Shown: positions 26,011 through 33,316 of the stretch, piece after piece
Numbering within the stretch: the stretch's first letter is position 1
How the letters are laid out: each line of letters begins with the position of its first letter
From: Candidatus Stahliibacteriota bacterium
GTDB taxonomy: Bacteria > Hydrothermota > Tepidihabitantia > SM23-42
DNA: 33,316 nt
Assembly (NCBI GenBank): GCA_030613445.1
Contig: JAUWLY010000003.1
Coordinates: 1 to 33,316 of the forward strand
Direction of reading: 5' to 3'
Notes under the pieces: generated by a model
What the model saw: the letters and a program-made list of their open reading frames with translations, nothing else
Databases searched by the model: none
What the model was told of the DNA's origin: nothing
Position numbers and translations under genes: made by a program

Positions 26011-28467
26011 TTAAAGGCTATCGGCAATTGCCTCTTCAGTAACTGGCGCGGTGGGTGCAACACCACCTTCACCCAGTAGTTTACTACACATGTCAACGTT
26101 GTGACGAGCATTCTGAAGGTTTGCAGAATTCGGGAATGAGTCAATTACCGCCTGGAAATTAACCAATGCCTCACCGTAATCTTTTAATTTATAGTAGACT
26201 GTCCCAAGGTTGAAATAAACGCCATCCTTTTGTTTCGCCTTAGGGAAATATGATAGATATCTTTTATATAACTCTGACGCCTTTTTCCAGTTCTCAATGT
26301 TCACTGCGGATTCAGCTGCATAGATCAAGGCATCTGGAGCATAGGAAGATGTCGGGAAGTTAATTGTAACCTTGAGGAACTCATCAATTGCTCTAATATA
26401 ATTCTCTTCATCAAAATAATTACGTGCAATCTGGTACTGACCGTCTGCGGCAAGTTCATCATGGGGAAATTTGGCGACAAATAACTTCATATCATCGATA
26501 GATTCAAGACCTTTTCGATAATAGCACATCGCCATACTCTTCCGTGCACTCGTCGCCTCATCTGATGTTGGAAAAAGATCCAGAAATTTTTGGAATTCGC
26601 GAATTGCGTCATCAAAAACCTGTTCATTATAATAACTCTGCCCAATAGCTAATTGACTGGAACGAGCATACTCACTTAACGGATGATTCTCCACTGCCCA
26701 CCTGAACAGAGCACGCGCTTTCTCGTATTCCATGGCTTTGAAATAAGTGTCACCAGCTCGGAAACCAGCCTCGGCTGATTTCGTGCTCAGCGGAAAAGCT
26801 CCCAACAGTTTTTCCCATGCTTCAATCGCCTGACCATAGTATTCAAGTTTATAATAGCTCATGCCGTCATAAAATAAAGCAGGGACCGCACTTCTTTCAT
26901 CTTTCGGATAGGTATTATACACTGCTTCAAAGTCATCAAGTGCCGATGCATAATCGCCTTGATTGTAGTGTGTATAACCAATGCCCAGATGAGCCGCAAT
27001 TATTAATGAAGAATCATCAAAAGGTGTTTCGCTCATACTATTGAAAATCTCAAAAGCTTCTTTTGTCCGATCTTGATTATAGACCGCATAAGCAAGTCCC
27101 AATCTGGCATAAGGAGTTACTTCGATACCGGAAAACCCCTTACTTACTTTTAGATAGTGCTTCTCGGCATCCGCAAAGTTATCTCGGTAGTAACAAGCTT
27201 CACCCAAGAAATACAGCGTTCTACCACGCCATGGATTTTCATCAACTGGAAAGTCTATAATGTACCGACTGCCAAAGGTTATTGTGCGGTCATACTGCTT
27301 CAATTTGTTCAATGAGCACAGTAACATAGCTGCTGCCGGTTCACGCAAACTAGAATTCGGATAATACTGAAGGAGTAATTCGAAATTAGTGGCGGCATGA
27401 TAGTAGTCATCTTTTTGAAAGTATATCATACCGGTCAAATATTCACCGACACTCGAAAGCTCCCCTGACGAGAACATCGTGGCAAGTTGGGATGCAGAAA
27501 CAAGCGCCTGCAAAGTATCTCCGGAAACCAATAAAGCATTGGTTAATTGAAGATTAGCAAAAGACGCGATCTGGGTATTGGGATAATTCGCTCTCACCCT
27601 TTGGAAAGCACTGACCGAACCCAGCCCATCGCCCAGATACATGCGGCAGATGCCGAGAAAATAACTGCTGTGTGCAGCAAGAAGATTATCCGCATGGCGT
27701 GTCAAAGGCAATAGATGTTCTGATGCCGCAGCATAATCCTCTGCATGAACCAAAGATGCCGCAAGGAAATAGTGAGCATAATCATTGAGCGGCGAAAGCG
27801 GATAGTCAAGGATAAAATCCCTGAATTTAATACGAGCACCATCGAAATCCCGGTTAAAGAAAAGAGCCTCCGCTCTTGAAAATTCTGCCAGTACGGCAAT
27901 CGGTGTATTGGAAGCCTGATCGATTATTTCCTTGAACGTAGCTAATGCCTCAAGAGGATCCCCCAATCTTGAAACGGCTTTACCGTAGTAGAATTTCGCT
28001 TCCAAGAGGTCTATACCCTTCAGCTTCTCTTTTGCTTCCTCATAGCTACCACGGAAATAATGAAGCACTCCAAGCGCGAAATTGGCGCGGTTTTCTTCTT
28101 GATATGCGGGATTCTTAAGCAAAGTCTGCAGAATATCCTCTGCTTCAATAAAATTATTCTGCAGGATGTCGATTAACCCGACTGCATAAAGACATTCTGG
28201 CTCAAGATAGCTTAGTTTTCCACGCTCCAGTACTTTCTGGAAATTCTTCTTGGCACTATAGTAATCATTAAGGTTGAAATAACACTCGGCAAGACGGAAT
28301 CGGATCTCATCCACAAACTCACTGCCTGAGTATTTTCCAACCATTGCCTTGAAATAATCCTTTGCATCAAGATAATTTTCCTGGAGGAACAATTGGTGGC
28401 CGATTTCATAATCAGTCACCAATTGATCATAGTCTACCGCGAACAGAAATGCAATCAATAACACCAT
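26011..28467 (-). CDS. Large exported TPR protein (BamD/CpoB-like repeats)
   Basis: Short signal peptide, then roughly 20 TPR units, many ending in F..V...YP.S. Confidence 0.88.
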   Translation of the reverse strand: MVLLIAFLFAVDYDQLVTDYEIGHQLFLQENYLDAKDYFKAMVGKYSGSEFVDEIRFRLAECYFNLNDYYSAKKNFQKVLERGKLSYLEPECLYAVGLIDILQNNFIEAEDILQTLLKNPAYQEENRANFALGVLHYFRGSYEEAKEKLKGIDLLEAKFYYGKAVSRLGDPLEALATFKEIIDQASNTPIAVLAEFSRAEALFFNRDFDGARIKFRDFILDYPLSPLNDYAHYFLAASLVHAEDYAAASEHLLPLTRHADNLLAAHSSYFLGICRMYLGDGLGSVSAFQRVRANYPNTQIASFANLQLTNALLVSGDTLQALVSASQLATMFSSGELSSVGEYLTGMIYFQKDDYYHAATNFELLLQYYPNSSLREPAAAMLLCSLNKLKQYDRTITFGSRYIIDFPVDENPWRGRTLYFLGEACYYRDNFADAEKHYLKVSKGFSGIEVTPYARLGLAYAVYNQDRTKEAFEIFNSMSETPFDDSSLIIAAHLGIGYTHYNQGDYASALDDFEAVYNTYPKDERSAVPALFYDGMSYYKLEYYGQAIEAWEKLLGAFPLSTKSAEAGFRAGDTYFKAMEYEKARALFRWAVENHPLSEYARSSQLAIGQSYYNEQVFDDAIREFQKFLDLFPTSDEATSARKSMAMCYYRKGLESIDDMKLFVAKFPHDELAADGQYQIARNYFDEENYIRAIDEFLKVTINFPTSSYAPDALIYAAESAVNIENWKKASELYKRYLSYFPKAKQKDGVYFNLGTVYYKLKDYGEALVNFQAVIDSFPNSANLQNARHNVDMCSKLLGEGGVAPTAPVTEEAIADSL

Positions 28468-28537
28468 AAGTTATCCCTTCTCTGTATTCATCTGGTTCCA
28501 TCTATGGCGGGTTGTTTTATGTAGAACACGCGCGAAT

Positions 28538-29842
28538 CTATTCTTGCGGAAGGAATTCAATCTCACCTTCCGGACCTAAGGTGGCTACCCTTGTTAGATA
28601 GTCGCGGAAACTCAATGTTTCGCCCATTTCATCGATCAATAGCATTTCATAATAGTATTTGCCATCAGCAACGACTCGACCGATATCATCGAGTCCGTCC
28701 CAGGAGAGTCTCAGAGGCGGAGCTTCCCATCCCGCATAAGTCCTGACGACTTCTCCATACTGATTCTTTATCAGAAGCTGCCAGCGTTCAATTGGTCTTT
28801 TTGCATTATAATGGACATCCATCCAGGCTATATTCTCCTTCCGACCTGGGGTCGGAGAAAACTGCTTGGGTGAAGCCTCAACCCAGGTTCTAAAACCTGA
28901 GAAATTCACAGAAATCCCCATTTTATGTCTCAGCGGTACCAAATAACTTGAGGCATAATGCAATTCTATGGCATAGTCCAAGCCGACTGAGAATTTATTC
29001 CAGTCCTTTCTTAGACCCAAACCAGCACCGATATGGTTGCGATCAATGCCACCGCGGAGAGTCACCATTGGGTTTATCGGGATAAATTCCATCCCTACAT
29101 GATAATCAACTGCTGTGTAATCCAGAACATTTTTAACAATATCTACAGCAATAATCACTCTCTTCCTATACAATTTCAGCGCTACGCCACCGCGAAAAGT
29201 AATGGGAATCTCATCAGTCTGCGTGTCGTGGGTAAGTTTTGGACCGAGTATATTCTGACAGGTAAGACCGATCGTCAGATTACCGCGCGGGAACAACAGA
29301 ATACCTAGATCACCGCCCATTCCCAACGCACCATATTGGGCTATCTTGCTCGCCATCACCTTAACATTTATACCCACACCAAGCGGTCGCCACGGCTGGT
29401 ATGCATAAGAAAATAAAAAACAATCCTGGTAAAACTTAAACGTACCAAAGGGGTTACCATTTGCGTCCCATGAATCAACGTCACCTGAACCATGATATAT
29501 CAATCCAAAACCCAAGGAGCCGTATTTTCTCGTCGGCAGAGCATAGCCAAGATAGCCGAGTTGAGTGCCCAAAAGTGATAAATAGGATGATTTGATGTTA
29601 TGGGACAAGAGTTGTACTAAACCTGCTGGGTTAAAGTACACTGCTTCTTGATCGTCTGCAAGACCCGTGAATGCTTTGCCCATCGCAATCGTCCTCGGCG
29701 TCATACCATAATTAAGGAGAGCACCGGGAACACCACCATCCTGGGCTTCAACAATAGCAGGCAGTAAGCAGTAGGCAGTAAGCAGCAAAAATAATATTAT
29801 ACGCTCTACGCTCAACGCCTTACGCCTTACGCTCTTTACCAT
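28538..29842 (-). CDS. PorV/PorQ family outer-membrane beta-barrel with a C-terminal FlgD-like Ig domain
   Basis: L.YG..PR..AMG.AFTGLADD..AVYFNPAGL (PorV/FadL-type N-terminus), amphipathic beta-strands, D.G.L, IP..FR.G, then F.P.PG...W.L.I.NQ.GE.VR......P..L.WDG.D..G..V.DG.Y.Y. Confidence 0.82.
   Translation of the reverse strand: MVKSVRRKALSVERIILFLLLTAYCLLPAIVEAQDGGVPGALLNYGMTPRTIAMGKAFTGLADDQEAVYFNPAGLVQLLSHNIKSSYLSLLGTQLGYLGYALPTRKYGSLGFGLIYHGSGDVDSWDANGNPFGTFKFYQDCFLFSYAYQPWRPLGVGINVKVMASKIAQYGALGMGGDLGILLFPRGNLTIGLTCQNILGPKLTHDTQTDEIPITFRGGVALKLYRKRVIIAVDIVKNVLDYTAVDYHVGMEFIPINPMVTLRGGIDRNHIGAGLGLRKDWNKFSVGLDYAIELHYASSYLVPLRHKMGISVNFSGFRTWVEASPKQFSPTPGRKENIAWMDVHYNAKRPIERWQLLIKNQYGEVVRTYAGWEAPPLRLSWDGLDDIGRVVADGKYYYEMLLIDEMGETLSFRDYLTRVATLGPEGEIEFLPQE
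29761..29834. repeat. Two heptamer arrays inside the signal-peptide coding region of the PorV-family gene
   Basis: gcagtaa gcagtag gcagtaa gcagcaa (29761-29788) and tacgctc tacgctc aacgcct tacgcct tacgctc (29800-29834). Confidence 0.85.
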
Positions 29843-31203
29843 ACCACACCTACCTTCATTCTCTTCTCAAATATTGTTGCCGTATGAGTCCACCCTTTTA
29901 TTATGGCATAGTACAGTCCAGTAGCAACTCGTTCGCCTTCATTATTACGGCCGTTCCATGTTATCCTATTGAGACCGCTATGTGCTCCCTCGCTACCCGG
30001 TACGATATCTTCTTTATAGACCAGATTACCAAAGGGATCATAAATCGCGAAAATAACATCACACGAACCACTGAGATAATAGGCGAAATATATCCTATTA
30101 CCTACCATACCCATAGGATTGGGGTAAGCGATAAAAGAATCCGGTACGACTGTTGTATCGATATAGGCCAATATATCGAGATAGCTTCGATACGATACAA
30201 TACTATTTACATTATCTTCTACCCAAAGTGGTGTATTGTCTTCTGCCTGGAAAAACCTCACGGTGAATTGTGCTTCACCATTATTTAGATTTTCAGATGG
30301 GGGGCTGGAAAATGCGAAATCTGAATGTATATCTATTGAGTATCCAGTAGCCGATGTCTTATTCCACATCGAATCTGTTGCATAGACCAATACATCAAAG
30401 TCTTCGTTCACGTATTTATCCTGGGCTTCTCCATCTTTGCCAGGCGTGGCTGAAGTAGCACTTGTTGTATCACCAGGCAGATGTGTTTCACCATCAAGAA
30501 TAACAAGTAGTGCGCCATAAGAACCAGGGCTTATTGCTAGCTGTGACGAAGCATCTGGGGTTATCGAACCGGATGTCACATCATCGAAAAATAAGCGGTG
30601 CTGCAGCCCTGCAGTTCTAAAAGCAAAGGGTAATATCACCGTACCGTTCACCAACTGAACCTGTGCCTGTACAGCAAAAGAATCAGTTGAACTGTAGCTA
30701 ACTGTATGATTTACAGTATCCACGATATTGAACCAATTATCAGTTATAAACACAGTGATGTTGAATTGCCCGCCTGCGGTTTGAGGAGCAGGAGGATTTA
30801 CTCTGCCTGGGGATAATCCAGGTGTGTACATCTGACCTGGAAGCACTGATAATAGTTGAGTTGGGATATTTGATCTAACCTGAAACTGATTTGAAGAACC
30901 TGTATGCCCGCCCCGATCATCACATATCAATGACATAGTATCAGCAGCAAGAGACACGCTTACATTACCTGTCCAAACACCATTGCTGAATTGCACAGTT
31001 TCATTACAATATCTGGGGTTTGCTGGGTCATCCCAGGATGTGTAGATATTAGCCCAGCCACCATAAGGATAGTTACCACCACCAGAATCATAAGCGTTAA
31101 CAGTTATCAGGAAAGATGCTCCAGCGGTCTGCGGTGAGGTAATTGTAGTAAACCCAAAATGATCTAATTGGCTAAAGAGAAGAATTGCGATTAGGCTAAT
31201 CAA
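29836..31203 (-). CDS. Exported protein with three Ig-like repeats and a C-terminal FlgD-like (T9SS CTD-like) domain
   Basis: AGGAGG SD before TTG 31203. Repeats PQTAG..F.ITV...D (twice) and F.V.VYATD..WN. C-terminal AYPNP...IYD.FGNLV...ITWNGRN..G..VATGLYY...KVGVVW. Confidence 0.75.
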   Translation of the reverse strand: MISLIAILLFSQLDHFGFTTITSPQTAGASFLITVNAYDSGGGNYPYGGWANIYTSWDDPANPRYCNETVQFSNGVWTGNVSVSLAADTMSLICDDRGGHTGSSNQFQVRSNIPTQLLSVLPGQMYTPGLSPGRVNPPAPQTAGGQFNITVFITDNWFNIVDTVNHTVSYSSTDSFAVQAQVQLVNGTVILPFAFRTAGLQHRLFFDDVTSGSITPDASSQLAISPGSYGALLVILDGETHLPGDTTSATSATPGKDGEAQDKYVNEDFDVLVYATDSMWNKTSATGYSIDIHSDFAFSSPPSENLNNGEAQFTVRFFQAEDNTPLWVEDNVNSIVSYRSYLDILAYIDTTVVPDSFIAYPNPMGMVGNRIYFAYYLSGSCDVIFAIYDPFGNLVYKEDIVPGSEGAHSGLNRITWNGRNNEGERVATGLYYAIIKGWTHTATIFEKRMKVGVVW

Positions 31204-31303
31204 TTTGCCTCCTTTCTTTTCTTTTATTCTACTAAAATAAAAATAGAGAGCACATCTCCTAATGATTTAGTCTCTCTTATTTCATAATATTTCCAATGCG
31301 AAA

Positions 31304-31331
31304 AGTATAGTCATTATTCAATCCGTGTCAA
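31304..31331 (-). promoter_or_regulatory. sigma70-type promoter for the PorV/TonB operon
   Basis: Minus strand TTGACA-16 nt-TATACT. Confidence 0.72.
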
Positions 31332-31368
31332 TAAGAAAAATCCAGTTCATTATAATATATTCGTTAAA

Positions 31369-31384
31369 TGCAAAACTCATGCCA
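31369..31384 (-). promoter_or_regulatory. sigma54 (-24/-12) promoter for the PorV/TonB operon
   Basis: Minus strand TGGCATG-AGTT-TTGCA, with exact GG-N10-GC spacing and one mismatch to TGGCACG-N4-TTGCW. Confidence 0.65.
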
Positions 31385-31666
31385 GAAACACTCAATTCAA
31401 GTTTTGAAAAACCATGACAATTTCGATGTTTCATTTTGAACAGTTATATAATAGTATAATATGTTGTCTAAAAAGATAATATAAATAACATCTTTTTCTC
31501 TATAAATTTTTTTGAAATCAAGTTACAGTTTAACAGCTCACCTTTTTCTCATGAATTTTGGAGAAATTTGTTGTAGAATCGTTACATTTGATTCAATCTT
31601 ATGCCTAAAATATACATAACTTTTTTTGCTTTTGACGGTCTAAATTACGTATATAAATTATTGTAG

Positions 31667-31694
31667 TTGACATTATAAGAGGTATGAATATAAT
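31667..31694 (+). promoter_or_regulatory. sigma70-type promoter for the DUF2723 gene
   Basis: TTGACA-16 nt-TATAAT, then AGGAGG and ATG 31712. Confidence 0.8.
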
Positions 31695-31711
31695 AAGGTT
31701 CAGGAGGCTTA

Positions 31712-33316
31712 ATGGATAGCAAAAAATTAGAAAAAACTCTTCTTTTTGTTCTAATTGGAATTACTGCTGGGGTTTATCTCTATACAGTTGCCCCAACTTT
31801 GTCATTCTGGGACTGCGGTGAATTTATTGCCTCGGCATACACCCTTGCCGTTCCTCATCCGCCCGGCACGCCTTTCTATCTTTTACTGGGTAAAGTCTGG
31901 TTATTGCTCTTGGGTATTGTATCAGCTGTTCTGCCAATATCCAAAGAAGTTGCCTGGCATATGAACCTACTGGGCTTGGGTTTTTCCGTACTTACGCTGG
32001 TGCTCATTTACAAAATGATGCTGAAAATCTTCCGCATGTTTCATAAAGGTAATGACCAACGTACACTCATTATTATTGCCTTTGCCTCTTGCCTGTCCAT
32101 TGCCTTTTATTATACCTACTGGCAGAATGCAATTGAAACAGAGGTTTATGCGGCGGCCACATTTGTCTTTATCTTAATACACTATTTAGCCATTCTCTGG
32201 TACGATACGGTGAAACAAGGCACTCCGCATAATCAGTATCTGCTTTTTGCCTTTTATCTGATTTTCCTATCTACTGGCATACATCTAACGCCATTTCTTA
32301 TATTTGTGCCTTTCTATATTTTTGTCTTTGCAGTAGAACGGCGGTACTTAAAAGATGTATTGTTTATCTTACTTGGTATATTCCAACTCGTTTTCTTTGC
32401 CCTTACTTTCTTGCTCCCCGCACAATACCAACAATATACCCTATATCTACTTGGTTTTGTTCTCTTGGTGGCACTCATCTTACCGATCAATAACCCCCGG
32501 AAATATCGTAACTGGCGTTTTTTCTGGGCAGCGATTTTTCTCATTGTTCTCGGTATCTCGACTGAACTATACCTCTATATCCGCGCCAAGAAACTAACCG
32601 TACTGTATAAAGACAAAGCAGTGACTGAACAGTATCTTGCCGGCAAAAACATTGCCCCCCGGATAAATGAATGTAATCCAGGTGCGGGTTTTACCGGGTT
32701 CAACAATGTGCTCCATCGAGTCCAGTATGGCCCTCCCCGTATAATCCCGCGGCAGACTCAGGATAATACTGGTTTTGGTCTGATCCAAGGTTATTTCTGG
32801 CAGATGCATCTTTTTGTCAGATATCTTTTCTGGCAGCCTGCACATGAAGGGATCAATTCGTTTGTTAGGGCGTTGATTCTCGTACTCTTCAGTTTATTCA
32901 GTATCTGGGGTTCGGTAGTCTTATTCCGAAAAGAGAAAAAGCTGTTTCTCTTGATGATGATGATAATGTTCATGCTCTCTTTTGCTATGATCAGCTATTT
33001 GAATTTAAAATTCTCACCGAGTGATGATAACCCCACTCATCAAAAACGTGAGGTTCGGGAACGGGATTATTTCTTCCATACTGCACATGTATACTTCGGT
33101 ATTTTGATTGGTTTTGGATTTCTTGGTTTTACAGACTTTCTCAAAGATGAAACCAAGAACAGAAAAGTCGTGAATATTACCGGTTTGGGTGGTATCTTGG
33201 TATTCTCCATTGCACCGTTCTTCGCCAATATTCAAGTGAATAATCGTTTTGGCAATTTTATCCCCAAGGATTATGGTTATAATATGCTTGCGTCATGTGA
33301 TGATCGTGCAGTGATC
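31712..33316 (+). CDS. DUF2723 / TMEM260-like GT-C membrane glycosyltransferase; 3'-truncated and absent from the ORF track
   Basis: Manual translation from ATG 31712: MDSKKLEK...YTVAPTLSFWDCGEFIASAYTLAVPHPPGTPFYLLLGK...WQNAIETEVY...GIHL...YLYIRA...R.QYG...REVRERDYFF...DYGYNMLASCDDRAVI. The motifs stay in one frame to the window end. Confidence 0.9.
   Translation, partial: MDSKKLEKTLLFVLIGITAGVYLYTVAPTLSFWDCGEFIASAYTLAVPHPPGTPFYLLLGKVWLLLLGIVSAVLPISKEVAWHMNLLGLGFSVLTLVLIYKMMLKIFRMFHKGNDQRTLIIIAFASCLSIAFYYTYWQNAIETEVYAAATFVFILIHYLAILWYDTVKQGTPHNQYLLFAFYLIFLSTGIHLTPFLIFVPFYIFVFAVERRYLKDVLFILLGIFQLVFFALTFLLPAQYQQYTLYLLGFVLLVALILPINNPRKYRNWRFFWAAIFLIVLGISTELYLYIRAKKLTVLYKDKAVTEQYLAGKNIAPRINECNPGAGFTGFNNVLHRVQYGPPRIIPRQTQDNTGFGLIQGYFWQMHLFVRYLFWQPAHEGINSFVRALILVLFSLFSIWGSVVLFRKEKKLFLLMMMIMFMLSFAMISYLNLKFSPSDDNPTHQKREVRERDYFFHTAHVYFGILIGFGFLGFTDFLKDETKNRKVVNITGLGGILVFSIAPFFANIQVNNRFGNFIPKDYGYNMLASCDDRAVI

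Noticed and set aside
658-33235. Numerous 60-146 aa ORFs antisense to or out of frame within the assigned genes, including all those after 31755
   Set aside because: They are shadow ORFs of well-supported CDSs with no recognisable motifs. Those after 31755 lie within the DUF2723 gene.

Overview
Ordinary-GC bacterial chromosomal segment with no phage, CRISPR or transposase genes. The gene content (secreted proteins with T9SS/FlgD-type C-terminal sorting domains, a PorV-family barrel, GWxTD proteins, DUF2723) suggests an uncultured FCB-related diderm such as candidate division WOR-3; this is inference only. Left to right: a 5'-truncated C25 (gingipain-like) peptidase; a TPR / GT-C glycosyltransferase / UbiA operon; GGDEF, orphan hypD and a PflX-like radical SAM gene (minus strand); an M55 D-aminopeptidase; two GWxTD-domain genes; a large S8 protease and a PKD/PQQ-propeller protein; GH57 branching enzyme, pcm, tRNA-Pro(CGG), a TIGR00725-family gene, acyP and apt; an 8-gene minus-strand operon (Ig+FlgD-CTD protein, PorV+FlgD, 818-aa TPR, ExbB, two ExbD, TonB, FlgD+OmpA-like); and a 3'-truncated DUF2723/TMEM260-like glycosyltransferase that is missing from the ORF track. 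The most notable points are: (1) the GT-C enzyme resembles eukaryotic DPY19 tryptophan C-mannosyltransferases along its whole length; (2) the PorV-TonB/ExbBD operon looks like a T9SS-related envelope machine with no TonB-dependent receptor, and one ExbD lacks the essential Asp; (3) all eight clear sigma70 promoters have a 16-bp spacer and four appear leaderless; (4) several nested non-autonomous repeats occur, including TCCCG...CGGGA hairpins inserted precisely into a duplicated tRNA T-loop. All family assignments come from motifs recognised by eye, without database searches.
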